Shown: positions 47,114 through 56,790 of the stretch, in pieces
Numbering within the stretch: the stretch's first letter is position 1
Layout of the letters: each line of letters starts with the position of its first letter
NCBI GenBank assembly: GCA_965116475.1
Contig: OZ220691.1
Coordinates: 1,120,001 to 1,184,000 of the forward strand
Reading direction: 5' to 3'
DNA length: 64,000 bases
Source: Gemmatimonadota bacterium
Lineage (GTDB): Bacteria > Gemmatimonadota > Gemmatimonadetes > Palauibacterales > Palauibacteraceae
Made by a program: the position numbers and the translations under genes
Notes under the pieces: model-generated
Told to the model about the DNA's origin: nothing
Database searches by the model: none
Seen by the model: the letters and a program-made list of their open reading frames with translations, nothing else

Positions 47114-48364
47114 ATGTACGACACGCCGGAGCCGGGATCGGAATCGAAGGCCGTCCACCGTCGCGACCTCCTCCGCTGGCTCGCCGCCAGCCCCCTCCTG
47201 GGTGCGTTCGCGGGCTGCGACCTGGGCCTCGTCGGGCGCGCGATGGCGCAGGAGGCGCCGGCGCGGTCGCTCGACGACCCCGTCGGGTCCGCGCAGGAGG
47301 CCCTCGATGTGTTCGACCTCGAGAAGGTTGCCGCGCAGACCGTGCCCACGGCGCACTGGGGATACATCAAGACGGGCGTCGACGGGGAGGGGACGCAGGC
47401 GAACAACCGGGCCTCGCTGGAGCGGATCTACCTCCGCGCGCGCCGGCTGGTCGATGTCTCGAACCTCGACATGCGCGTCTCGATCTTCGGGCGGGAGTGG
47501 CCGACGCCGCTCATGATCGCCCCGGCGGGGAGCCAGGGCGGCTTCCACCGCGACGGCGAACTCGCGACCGCGCGGGCGGCCGCGGCCCGCAACCACCTGC
47601 AGACGCTCTCATCGGTGAGTTCCACGGGAGTCGAAGCGGTGAACGAGGCGCGGGGGGAGCCGGTGTGGTATCAGCTCTACGCGCCCCGCCACTGGAACGC
47701 GACCGTCGCCCTCGTGAACCGCGTCCGCGCAGCCGGCTGTCCCGTCATCGTGCTCACCGTCGACCTCCTCGGCGGAAGCAATCGCCTCACGCTGGAACGC
47801 TACCGGCGCATCGACGACCGCAACTGCGAGAGCTGTCACCGCAGCGGCGGCCGCGCGGACCCCGTCAAGCCGATGTACGAGGCGTTGCCACAGGGCCCCC
47901 CGGACAGCGGCGGCCCCACCATGACGTGGGACTACGTGCACCGCCTGCGCGACATCACGGACCAGCGGATCGTCGTGAAGGGGCTCGTGACCCGCGAGGA
48001 CGCGGAACTGGCGCTGGAACACGGCGTGGACGGCATCTGGGTCTCGAACCACGGCGGCCGCGCGGAGGGGAGCGGCCGCGCCACGATCGACGCGCTTCCG
48101 GAGGTCGTGGAGGTGGCGGGCGGCGAGGTGCCGATCATCGTCGACGGAGGTTTCCGCCGCGGCACGGACATCTTCAAGGGCATCGCGCGGGGCGCCACCG
48201 CGGTGGCGATCGGGCGCCCCTACCTGTGGGGGCTCGGGGCCTTCGGCCAGGCGGGCGTCGAGCGGGTGCTCGAGATCCTGATCGAGGAACTGCGGATCAC
48301 CATGGGCGCCGTCGGGACGCCGTCCCTCGCCGACATCGGCCCCCATTCCATCGGGGTCGACTGA
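47114..48364 (+). CDS. FMN-dependent alpha-hydroxy acid oxidase/dehydrogenase with Tat signal and CxxCH insert
   Basis: RRDLL Tat motif; RRLVDVS, WYQLY, LTVD, VVKG, VSNHGGR, DGGFRRGTD, IGRPYLWGL; CESCH at 47825..47839. Confidence 0.88.
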   Translation: MYDTPEPGSESKAVHRRDLLRWLAASPLLGAFAGCDLGLVGRAMAQEAPARSLDDPVGSAQEALDVFDLEKVAAQTVPTAHWGYIKTGVDGEGTQANNRASLERIYLRARRLVDVSNLDMRVSIFGREWPTPLMIAPAGSQGGFHRDGELATARAAAARNHLQTLSSVSSTGVEAVNEARGEPVWYQLYAPRHWNATVALVNRVRAAGCPVIVLTVDLLGGSNRLTLERYRRIDDRNCESCHRSGGRADPVKPMYEALPQGPPDSGGPTMTWDYVHRLRDITDQRIVVKGLVTREDAELALEHGVDGIWVSNHGGRAEGSGRATIDALPEVVEVAGGEVPIIVDGGFRRGTDIFKGIARGATAVAIGRPYLWGLGAFGQAGVERVLEILIEELRITMGAVGTPSLADIGPHSIGVD

Positions 48365-48477
48365 CGGAGGCGGGGTCGGCGGCTTGGCTGCCGACGGATC
48401 TGCTGACCGTAAGCGGTTCAGCAACACTACTTGAGGTAAGTCCCAGGAGTCAGCGCCATACGGGTGTACCGCGGGAT

Positions 48478-49122
48478 CTAGCCCACGTCGCGCCGGCGCA
48501 TTTCCGTCGTGTAGTACTCCCAGAGCAGCCGGGCCGCCACGCTCCGCCATGGTCGCCAGCGGCGGGCGATCTCGCGCAGTGCCCTCTCGTCGGGCCGCTG
48601 CTCGAGGCCGAGCGCATGTCGCGCCGCGCTTCGCAGGGCAAGGTCGCCCGCCGGGAAGACATCGCTGTGGCCGGCGCAGAAGAGGAGGTAGACCTCGGCC
48701 GTCCACACCCCGATCCCCTTGAGGGATGTCATGGCCGCGATGGACGCCTCGGCCGGCATGAGACACAGCGCCTGTGGATCGAGACGGCCGCTCCGCACCG
48801 CCTCGGCCGCGCCCTTCAGCGTCGCCTCCTTGGAACGGGACAGTCCGATCCGGCGGCACTGCGCATCGGAGAGCCCGGCCACCTGCGCGGGCTCGCAGCC
48901 CTCGGCCTCCTCGACGAGCCGCTCCCAGATCGCGGCGGCCGCCGCCTTCGAGACCATCTGCGCCACGATGGTCCGGGCGAGCCCCTCGAAGCCCGGCGCC
49001 CGTCGCCGCAGCGGCACGGGCCCCGCCTTTTCTACGACTTCGGCGAGCCGCCCGTCGATCCGCACCAACGCCTCGAGGCCCTCGGCGATATCGTCCGGCG
49101 TTTCTATCGTTCTTCCCTGCAT
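48478..49122 (-). CDS. alkA: DNA-3-methyladenine glycosylase II (AlkA-like, HhH-GPD)
   Basis: IVAQMVS, GLSRSK, LKGIGVWTA, DVFPAGDL, WRPWRSVAARLLW. Confidence 0.88.
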   Translation of the reverse strand: MQGRTIETPDDIAEGLEALVRIDGRLAEVVEKAGPVPLRRRAPGFEGLARTIVAQMVSKAAAAAIWERLVEEAEGCEPAQVAGLSDAQCRRIGLSRSKEATLKGAAEAVRSGRLDPQALCLMPAEASIAAMTSLKGIGVWTAEVYLLFCAGHSDVFPAGDLALRSAARHALGLEQRPDERALREIARRWRPWRSVAARLLWEYYTTEMRRRDVG

Positions 49123-49135
49123 TCTCCCCCTCCGC

Positions 49136-49153
49136 ACGTTCCCGCGGGAACGT
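49136..49153. repeat. Perfect 18-bp palindrome ACGTTCCCGCGGGAACGT (copy 2)
   Basis: In the divergent alkA / oxidase spacer; the 16-bp core is identical to 38374..38389. Confidence 0.75.
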
Positions 49154-49202
49154 CTCGGCGCGCTCTCTGGCCGATCCCGGTGCTTGGCCTCAGTCTTATT
49201 GC

Positions 49203-50504
49203 GTGAAACGTCGAACGCTGATCAAGACCGTGGGCGCCGCGGCGCTGGGCTCGAGCTTCGGCGCGTGCTCCCCCGCGTGGCGCCGCCCTCCGCCGGGCCC
49301 CGCCGCCCCGAACCTCCCCCTCCTTCGCGTCGCGCCGGACCGCGTCATCCGAACCACCGTGGGTCTCCGACCCTTTCGTCCCGCCGGTTTCCGCGTAGCG
49401 ACGGAGCGGCTGGGCGAGAAGACCGTCATCCACAACTACGGACACGGCGGCGCGGGGATCTCCCTCTCGTGGGGGACGGGACTGCTCGTCTCCGAACTGG
49501 CCGAACGTCACCCCTCGCGGCAAGCGGCCGTCATCGGAGCGGGCGCCGTCGGCCTCGCCACCGCGCGGCAGCTTCAGCGGCGCGGGTTCGACGTGACGAT
49601 CCACGCGCGCGCCCTCCCGCCCGACACGACCTCGAACATGGCCTACGCCGGGTTCTCGCCGCTCTCCAACCTCGTGTCGGCGCCCGAACGCACTCCGGCC
49701 TTCGACACGCAGTTCGACCGGGCCGTCCGCGCCTCCTACGAGCAGATGCAACGGCTTGCCGGCGCCGGACGCGGCGTGTCGTGGATCACGACGTACACCT
49801 GGACGAACCGCCTCTCGGGCCGGCGGGTGGAAGATTCCGGACTCGATGAGACCGAGGATGAGACCGAGAGCGGCCTCGACCCGGGCCTCGACGTGGGCGC
49901 CACCGTGCTGCAGCCGGGAGCACATCCCTTCCCCGGCACCTATGCGCTCCGCCGGCCGACCCTCCGCATCGAGCCGTCGATCTACCTCGACCGGCTGATG
50001 GAGGAGTTCCTCCTCTTCGGCGGGCGCGTGCGGGTCCGCGACTTCGAGACGCGCCGCGACCTCATGTCGCTCGACGAACCGCTCATCGCCAACTGTACGG
50101 GCCTCGGCTCGCGCGCCCTGTTCGGCGACGAGACGATGAGCCCCATCAAGGGCCAACTCACCTTCCTCGCTCCGCAGCCGGAGATCGACTACAGCCTCGA
50201 AGGCAGCGCGCCGGGCGGCGGCCGCATCGGGGTCCTCCCGCGTGCGGACGGGATCGCGCTCGGACACGTGATGGAGCGCGGCGACTGGAGTCTCGAACCG
50301 ATCGAGGACGCGATCGCGACCCGGCTCGATCGCGCGGGCCGGCTCATGGCGGCGATGGCGGACCACCCCTCGGGACTCGGCAGGGTCGCGACCGCCCCCC
50401 GCCTGTCCCCGATGCACGACTCCGCGATGCACGGCGCACTCGAAGTCGATCCCGTTCCGGCGACCCCGCCCCCCGTCGAGAGCTTCTTCAACATCCAGTC
50501 CTAG
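49203..50504 (+). CDS. Tat-exported FAD-dependent D-amino acid oxidase-like protein, circularly permuted
   Basis: KRRTLIK + FGAC; VGLRP and HNYGHGGAG.SLSWG lie before the VIGAGAVG Rossmann motif; NCTGLGS, PIKGQ. Confidence 0.82.
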   Translation: MKRRTLIKTVGAAALGSSFGACSPAWRRPPPGPAAPNLPLLRVAPDRVIRTTVGLRPFRPAGFRVATERLGEKTVIHNYGHGGAGISLSWGTGLLVSELAERHPSRQAAVIGAGAVGLATARQLQRRGFDVTIHARALPPDTTSNMAYAGFSPLSNLVSAPERTPAFDTQFDRAVRASYEQMQRLAGAGRGVSWITTYTWTNRLSGRRVEDSGLDETEDETESGLDPGLDVGATVLQPGAHPFPGTYALRRPTLRIEPSIYLDRLMEEFLLFGGRVRVRDFETRRDLMSLDEPLIANCTGLGSRALFGDETMSPIKGQLTFLAPQPEIDYSLEGSAPGGGRIGVLPRADGIALGHVMERGDWSLEPIEDAIATRLDRAGRLMAAMADHPSGLGRVATAPRLSPMHDSAMHGALEVDPVPATPPPVESFFNIQS

Positions 50505-50536
50505 GGTCGTGGAAAACCCTGCGTCAGTCACCGGTG

Positions 50537-51241
50537 TCAGTCGCCGAACCGGTCCTCCAGCCGATCGCGAAGCCTGCGCCCGATTGCCTCGATCAAGGCG
50601 GCATCTTCGTCCGCGACACCGCGGATCGACAGCGCGACGCCGGGCGCAATCTCGATCCGCGCCCATCTTTCCACCTCGCCCAAGGGATCGGCGCCGCAGT
50701 CCGCCAGCTCCCGGAGCGCGACCAGCAACGCGGCCAACTCCGGATCGTCGGCGGGAGACGCCTGCGCCAATTGAGACCAGTGCGGTCCCTCCTCCCGCAC
50801 CATCAGCCTGTCTTCGAGGGCGGCGTGCCGGTCGGCGACGGCGGCATGCCGCGCCGGCGGGGCGGAGAAGGCGGCCGGCGACTCGCGCCGTTCGGGCACG
50901 TCCGCCGTCTGTAGCGGCAAATCCGCGCCGGCGGACCCGGCGGCGAGGAGGTCGGCGGTCACGGCGATCCGTCCGTCCGCGACGCCCGCGATCAGTTCCG
51001 GCGACGATCCCTTGAACACCGCGCGGATCTCGCGGAGCGCGGTCGCGGGCACCCTCCCGGCCCCCTCCGCCTCGCGGACCCGCCGAATGAAGAGAAGGCG
51101 GTCCCGCACAAGCTGCGGATAACGCGTCTTCGGCCCCCTCCGGCCGACCCGCGGCAGCAGTCCGACCTGCACGTAGTAGGCGATCGTGCGCCGGCTGAAA
51201 CCGGTTTCCTCTTCCAACTCCCGCGCCGTGTAACTGCGCAT
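50537..51241 (-). CDS. MerR-like HTH protein with C-terminal W.R..I.PG motif
   Basis: YTARELEEETGFSRRTIAYYVQVGLLP.....GP..RY; C-terminal RWARIEIAPGVALSI. Confidence 0.72.
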   Translation of the reverse strand: MRSYTARELEEETGFSRRTIAYYVQVGLLPRVGRRGPKTRYPQLVRDRLLFIRRVREAEGAGRVPATALREIRAVFKGSSPELIAGVADGRIAVTADLLAAGSAGADLPLQTADVPERRESPAAFSAPPARHAAVADRHAALEDRLMVREEGPHWSQLAQASPADDPELAALLVALRELADCGADPLGEVERWARIEIAPGVALSIRGVADEDAALIEAIGRRLRDRLEDRFGD

Positions 51242-51299
51242 GACGTTCCGCCCTTCCATTACCGAAGTGACGTCTGCTGTCATTTACCGACGACAGCCG

Positions 51300-51328
51300 T
51301 TGACTTGTTCGAACCTCCCCATTACTGT
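51300..51328 (+). promoter_or_regulatory. Sigma70-type promoter for the DUF6569 gene
   Basis: TTGACT-17 bp-TACTGT in an AT-richer divergent spacer; GTTGAC/GTCAAC inverted repeat overlaps it; AGGAGG RBS downstream. Confidence 0.6.
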
Positions 51329-51368
51329 CAACAGCGTATCAACACTGACAATATCAAGGAGGGGAGAG

Positions 51369-52376
51369 ATGAACCAGATTACGACCGCCATCGCCGACCT
51401 CGAGCTCGGCGAGCCCACGTTCTGCGGCGGCCTCACGGTATTTCCCCTGCTTGCCCCGGAGACCTCGGATCTCGATTACGTGCTGCTGGGAGACGGGCTT
51501 CGCGAGGGCCGGGTCACCGTGCGCGAGGTGTCGATGGGGGGCAGCGTCCCCGACCTCGAGGTGGAGAACCGCGCCGACCGTCCCGTGCTGATCGTGGACG
51601 GCGAGGAACTCGTCGGCGCCAAGCAGAACCGGGTCGCCAATCTCACGCTGCTGCTCCCCGCCGGGAAGCCGACGATCATCCCGGTCTCCTGCGTCGAGCA
51701 GGGCCGCTGGTCCTACGACAGCCCCGGGTTCCAGGTGACGAACCGGATGCACTTCGCGAGCGGCCGCGCGGAGCGATACGCGAGCGTCCAGGAGTCGATG
51801 CGCAGCGAGGGGACGCGGCGCTCCGACCAGGGCCGGGTGTGGAGTTCGATCGACGACAAGGCCATGGCGATGGACGCCCCTTCGGAGACCGGCGCCATGA
51901 GCGAGATCTTCGAGCGCCACGCGACGGCGCTGGACGACTATGTGCGGGAGGTGGAGGCCGCTCCGAATCAGCTCGGGGCCATCTTCGCGGTGGCGGGCGG
52001 CAATTACGGACTGGACCTCTTCGACCGTCACGCCACCCTCGCCGCGTTCCTCCCGAGGCTGGTGCGGAGCTACGGCGTCGACGCGCTGGAACGGCGCGCG
52101 GAGGGGGACGCGGCGGCGCCGGCCTCCGCGGCGCGGAAGTTCCTCGACCGCGTGCGCGCGGGGACCTTCGATGACCACCCCGCAGTCGGCCTGGGGCGCG
52201 ATGTGGGGATCGTCGCCGAACGCGCCATCGCGGGCGCGCTCGTCGTGGACGACACCATCGTGCACCTGACGGGGTTCTCCAGCCCCCGGGCCGGCCGCGG
52301 CGAGCGAGACGCCGAGCGGGTGTACGCAAACGTTCGCCAGCGGCGCGACGCCCTCCGCCGCCGGCACGCGAGCTAG
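51369..52376 (+). CDS. DUF6569 / ARPP-1 family protein
   Basis: EVS..GSVPDLEVEN, VLIVDGEELVGAKQNR, IPVSCVEQGRW, SDQGRVW, DLFD, LVRSYGVDAL. Confidence 0.78.
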   Translation: MNQITTAIADLELGEPTFCGGLTVFPLLAPETSDLDYVLLGDGLREGRVTVREVSMGGSVPDLEVENRADRPVLIVDGEELVGAKQNRVANLTLLLPAGKPTIIPVSCVEQGRWSYDSPGFQVTNRMHFASGRAERYASVQESMRSEGTRRSDQGRVWSSIDDKAMAMDAPSETGAMSEIFERHATALDDYVREVEAAPNQLGAIFAVAGGNYGLDLFDRHATLAAFLPRLVRSYGVDALERRAEGDAAAPASAARKFLDRVRAGTFDDHPAVGLGRDVGIVAERAIAGALVVDDTIVHLTGFSSPRAGRGERDAERVYANVRQRRDALRRRHAS

Positions 52377-52440
52377 TAGTTTATGCAGTCCGCCAGCGCG
52401 TTGGCGGCGTTCCGGCTACGAACGATCGCGTGGAGGACGG

Positions 52441-53673
52441 GTGAAAGCTCCGGGGCGGGGCCGCGAGGCGGCGATGGTCTTCATCTTCATCACCGTCTTC
52501 ATCGACGTGCTGGGGATCGGGATCATCGTCCCCATCCTCCCCGAACTCATCAAGGAGTTCACGGGAGGCAGCACGGCGCGCGCGGGGCGCTGGTTCGGCG
52601 TGCTCGCCGCAACGTACGCCGTCGCCCAGTTCTTCTTCGCGCCCATCCTGGGGTCGCTCTCGGATCGGGTCGGACGGCGTCCCGTCATCCTGGTCGCTCT
52701 CTTCGGCCTCGGAGTCGACTACATCATCATGGGGCTCGCGCCCTCCATCGGCTGGCTCTTCGCGGGCCGCCTCATCGCGGGCGTGATGGGCGCGAGCATC
52801 ACCACGGCGAACGCCTACGTCGCCGACGTGTCGGAACCCGAGAAACGGGCCCGGAACTTCGGACTCATCGGCGTCGCGTTCGGCCTCGGCTTCATCTTCG
52901 GCCCCGCCATCGGGGGCGTGCTGGGCGGCGTCGACCTCCGGCTGCCCTTCTTCGCGGCGGCGGGGCTCGCGCTCGTGAACGCGCTGTACGGCGTCTTCGT
53001 CCTCCCGGAATCGCTGCCACCCGAGAAACGCGACGCCTTCAGCTGGGCGAAGGCCAACCCGGTCGGGAGCCTGTTCGTGCTGCGCTCCTACCCGCTGGTG
53101 GCCGGCCTCGCCGTGTCCTTCGTGTTCATCATCCTGGCCCAGCGCGGCCTCGAGACCGTGTGGGTCCTCTACACCGGACACAAGTTCGGGTGGGACGAAC
53201 TCGCGAACGGCCTGTCGCTGGCGCTGGTGGGGCTCATGGCGGCCCTGGTCCAGGGGGTACTGGTTCAGCCTGTGATCAAGCGCACCGGGGAGCGGCGGGC
53301 GATCCTCGGCGGGCTCGTGCTGGGCATGATCACCTACCTGGGCTACGGTCTCGCCACGCAGGGGTGGATGCTCATCGCGTTCATCATCTTCGGCTCGATC
53401 GGCGGCGTCGCGGGCCCCGCCCTGCAGAGCCTCGTGGCGGGAGCCGTGGAACCGCAGGACCAGGGGAAGGTCCAGGGAGCCCTCCAGTCGCTCATGAGCC
53501 TGACGAGCATCGCGAGCCCCCTGATCTTCACCACCCTCCTGTTCAGCTACTTCACGTCATCCGCCGCCCCGGTGGAATTGCCGGGCGCCCCCTTCCTCCT
53601 CGGCGCCGTCATGTACGCCACGGCATTCGTGGTCGTGTTCCGGCTCTTCCGCCGCATCCCGACCGCCGGATAG
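52441..53673 (+). CDS. MFS transporter, TCR/Tet (DHA1) family
   Basis: DVLGIGIIVPILP, GSLSDRVGRRPV, GRLIAG, GFIFGPAIGG, LPESLP, QGKVQG. Confidence 0.9.
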   Translation: MKAPGRGREAAMVFIFITVFIDVLGIGIIVPILPELIKEFTGGSTARAGRWFGVLAATYAVAQFFFAPILGSLSDRVGRRPVILVALFGLGVDYIIMGLAPSIGWLFAGRLIAGVMGASITTANAYVADVSEPEKRARNFGLIGVAFGLGFIFGPAIGGVLGGVDLRLPFFAAAGLALVNALYGVFVLPESLPPEKRDAFSWAKANPVGSLFVLRSYPLVAGLAVSFVFIILAQRGLETVWVLYTGHKFGWDELANGLSLALVGLMAALVQGVLVQPVIKRTGERRAILGGLVLGMITYLGYGLATQGWMLIAFIIFGSIGGVAGPALQSLVAGAVEPQDQGKVQGALQSLMSLTSIASPLIFTTLLFSYFTSSAAPVELPGAPFLLGAVMYATAFVVVFRLFRRIPTAG

Positions 53674-53721
53674 GCCTTCCGACAGCGTCACCGGTCGACA
53701 CCGACACCGGGGAAACCCGGG

Positions 53722-55887
53722 CTACTGGTCGGGCGTGCCGAGTTGCTGGAGGAGGAAGGCGAGTTCCATGGCGGCGTTGCGGACGTTGCGGGTGAAGGAG
53801 CGGCCGCCGGCGTGGCCCGTGCGCGGGTCGTAGTCGAGGATCACCGGCAGGCCGGAACTCGAGGCGGCCTGCAGGCGCGCGGCCATCTTGCGGGCCTGCA
53901 GCGGGGGCACACGGGTGTCGAGGTCGCCCTGGGTGAGCATGACGGCGGGGTAGTCCACGCCATCGCGCACGTTCTGGTACGGGGAGAACGTCCGCAGCAC
54001 CTCGAACTCCTCGGGCACCGCCGCGTTCCCGTACTCCAGGAGCGCCGGCATGTTGTTCGTGTCGGTGAACTGGTAGAAGCGGATCATGTCGAGGTCGGGG
54101 AGGCCGCAGTAGACGGCGCGGAAGAGGTCCGGCCGCTTCGTCAGCGAGGCGGCGACAAGCAGGCCGCCGTTGCTGCCGCCGCGGATCGCGAGCCGGTCGG
54201 GGTTCGTGTAGCCGTTCTCGACCAGCCACTCGGCCGCGGCGATGAAATCGGCGAACACGTTCGGCTTGTTCTCGAGCATGCCCGCCCGGTGCCACTCCTC
54301 GCCGAACTCGCCGCCGCCCCTCAGCGTCGCCATCGCGTACACGCCTCCCTGCTCCAGCCACGCGGCGGCGCGGGCGTCGAAACGGGGCAGCAGGTTCACG
54401 TTGAAGCCGCCGTATCCGTACAGGAGCGCGGGGCTGCGCCCGTCGAGCGCCAGTCCCCTGCGGTGCGCGACGTACATCGGGGCCCGCGTCCCGTCCTCCG
54501 AGGTATACCACACCTGCTTCAACTCGTACTCCAACCCGTCGAAGGGGACGGATGACGGCCGCCACTCCTCCGTCTCCATCGTTTCGAGGTCGAGCTTGAG
54601 GATGGTGGAGGGGGTGAGGAGCGAGGTCAGCGTGAGGAGGGCTTCGTTCCCGTCATCTCCATGCGAGCGCAGCGTCGCCACGTGGTGCGCCGGGATCGGG
54701 ATCTCCCCCTTCACGGCGCCGTCGGGCCCGTAGCGCACGATCCGGCTGCTCACGTCGCGCAGGTAGTCGGCGTACAGGTCGTCGCCGATGAACCGGTATC
54801 CGGTGAGGAGATCCTCGCCTTCGGGCAGCACTTCCCGCCACCGCGCCGGATCCGGGTCCGGGTTCTCCAGGCTCACCGCGAGGATGCGGTTCCTGGGCGC
54901 GTCCAGATTTGTGAGCAGGTAGAGTTCGTCCTCGACGAAGCGGGTGCTGAAGCGGGCGGGCGCGCCGACGATGAGCGGCTCGGGGGCCGTCCCGGAGCGG
55001 AGGTCGTGCAGGTAGACGTCCGTCCGCGCCCAGCCGTGCTGTACGGTGTAGACGTGCCACCGGCCGTCGCCCCCCTGCGAGAAGCCGACGAAGCGCTCCG
55101 GGCCGTGCCCCTCGCCGAACAGTTCCTCGTCCTCTCCGGGGTCGGTCCCCAGCCGGTGGTAGCGGATCCGTGCCCCCGTCTCCCGCGACCGGCGGCTGTA
55201 GTAGAAGCCCTCGCCTTCCGGATCGAAGGAGACGTTGCCGTACAGGAACGTCGGCAGGCGGTCGGGCAGATCCTCGCCGCGCTCGAGGTCGCGGACGCGG
55301 TACTCGCGCTCGTCCCGTCCCCCGTCCCGGATGGCGTAGATCATGAGACGGCCGTCCGGCGAGAAGTCGATGATGCTCACGCTGGTCGTAGCGTCGTCGC
55401 GCAAGTCGAGCGGGTCGATGACGACCTCGAACTCGCCGTCCGGGTCCACGGGGCCTTCCCGCGGTTCTTCGGGCGCCGGCCGACGGTAGATGGCCCCCAC
55501 CTCGCGGCCCGGCTTCCGGAACGAGAAGTACTCGTAGTCCCCCGCCCGGCGCGGGAAGATGGCTCCGGGCGCATCCATCAGCTCGCGCAGCCTGCCCTCG
55601 AGCGCCATCCGCAGCGGCGTGTCGCCGACGATGTGCTCCGCGTAGGCGTTCTGCTCGGCGATCCAGGCGCGCGTCTCCGGGCTCTCCTGGTCCTCCAGCC
55701 ACCGGTAGTCGTCGGTGAACTCGACGCCGTGCAGGGTGTCGACGACCGGAATCCGGGCCGTCTCCGGCGGGGGCGGCCAAGCCTCGCACGCCGCCACGCA
55801 GACCGCGAGCGCAACGAGCCGCAGCGGCGGGAGCGCACGGACGGCGGGGCCGGCGATGGCGCGGGCGCGGGGTGTCGAGTCCGCCAT
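53722..55887 (-). CDS. Prolyl oligopeptidase (S9A), probable lipoprotein
   Basis: DDYRWLED, YGYGGF, RGGGEFG, GGSNGGLL (Ser), DTRV (Asp), GHAGG (His); VAAC lipobox. Confidence 0.92.
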   Translation of the reverse strand: MADSTPRARAIAGPAVRALPPLRLVALAVCVAACEAWPPPPETARIPVVDTLHGVEFTDDYRWLEDQESPETRAWIAEQNAYAEHIVGDTPLRMALEGRLRELMDAPGAIFPRRAGDYEYFSFRKPGREVGAIYRRPAPEEPREGPVDPDGEFEVVIDPLDLRDDATTSVSIIDFSPDGRLMIYAIRDGGRDEREYRVRDLERGEDLPDRLPTFLYGNVSFDPEGEGFYYSRRSRETGARIRYHRLGTDPGEDEELFGEGHGPERFVGFSQGGDGRWHVYTVQHGWARTDVYLHDLRSGTAPEPLIVGAPARFSTRFVEDELYLLTNLDAPRNRILAVSLENPDPDPARWREVLPEGEDLLTGYRFIGDDLYADYLRDVSSRIVRYGPDGAVKGEIPIPAHHVATLRSHGDDGNEALLTLTSLLTPSTILKLDLETMETEEWRPSSVPFDGLEYELKQVWYTSEDGTRAPMYVAHRRGLALDGRSPALLYGYGGFNVNLLPRFDARAAAWLEQGGVYAMATLRGGGEFGEEWHRAGMLENKPNVFADFIAAAEWLVENGYTNPDRLAIRGGSNGGLLVAASLTKRPDLFRAVYCGLPDLDMIRFYQFTDTNNMPALLEYGNAAVPEEFEVLRTFSPYQNVRDGVDYPAVMLTQGDLDTRVPPLQARKMAARLQAASSSGLPVILDYDPRTGHAGGRSFTRNVRNAAMELAFLLQQLGTPDQ

Positions 55888-55906
55888 GGCGCCTCCTGTC
55901 AGGCGG

Positions 55907-56782
55907 TCAGGGGGTGACGGTCACCCGGACGTAGGCGTTGCTCCAGCAGCACTGGTCGCCGCCGGCGCTGTCGTTCGCGTCCCAGTTGTCGGCGCGCGCG
56001 CGCAGCACGTACTCGCCCGGCTCGCTGAACGTCGCCGCGGTCGCTGTCTCGCCGGTCCCGCCCTCGACCGTGATCTGCCACGGCTCGAACGCCACCGGCG
56101 CAGCGGGCCCCTGGTGCTTGAACCAGGTCACCTCCACGTCGACCACCTGGTTCACGAGATCCTCGGGGTCGCGGACGGAGACCTCCTCGGTCCACAGCCG
56201 CAGCGTCAGAGGCTCGCCCACCCGAACCGTGCGCGGCTCGCCCCACACGCCCTGGACGTGCTGGCCCGCCTCCCCCTCGGGGTCGAAGCGGACGAGGGGC
56301 GGTATCGACCCCATGGCCCGCGGCCCGTAGTCGAGCTGCAGCGCCGGGGCGAAGACGCGCGCCGGTACCGGATACGTCACCCCGTTCGACGTGATCGTCC
56401 ACACGACGCGCTGCTCCCCGTCACCGTACGACGCGGGCACCGTGACCGAGAACACGCCGCGATCCCGCCGCGGCCGCACCGGGAAATGCGTGGGCTGCGC
56501 CCCGTCGAACTCGGCCGGCTCGATGAAGTTGTCCGGGCCGATCGGGATTTCGATGACTTCCCGGGTGTTCAGGTTGAAGTAGCCGAACGAGAAGGTGAAG
56601 GTGCCGTCGTCGTTCCGGTACCAACCCTCGAAGAAGGGGGCCACCGGCTCCCCTTTCGGCGGGATCGGCGCGAGCGGCAACCGCTGCACCTGCTGGGCGT
56701 GAACGGGCGCCGCCCCCCCGACGAGGGCGACCGGCGCCACCTGGGCGGCGACCAGGACGGCCGCGACATGTACGCTGCGCAT
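55907..56782 (-). CDS. Secreted hypothetical protein with C-terminal Ig/PKD-like domain
   Basis: Signal peptide; PFFEGWY.N.DG..T.SFGYFN, QPTHF, ATFSEPGEYVLR, QCCWSN. Confidence 0.65.
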   Translation of the reverse strand: MRSVHVAAVLVAAQVAPVALVGGAAPVHAQQVQRLPLAPIPPKGEPVAPFFEGWYRNDDGTFTFSFGYFNLNTREVIEIPIGPDNFIEPAEFDGAQPTHFPVRPRRDRGVFSVTVPASYGDGEQRVVWTITSNGVTYPVPARVFAPALQLDYGPRAMGSIPPLVRFDPEGEAGQHVQGVWGEPRTVRVGEPLTLRLWTEEVSVRDPEDLVNQVVDVEVTWFKHQGPAAPVAFEPWQITVEGGTGETATAATFSEPGEYVLRARADNWDANDSAGGDQCCWSNAYVRVTVTP

Positions 56783-56790
56783 GGCTCGGC

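Noticed and set aside
52441-53673. Acquired tetracycline resistance gene
   Set aside because: It is a generic TCR/Tet-family MFS with host-like codon usage, no tetR and no mobile element. The substrate cannot be inferred.
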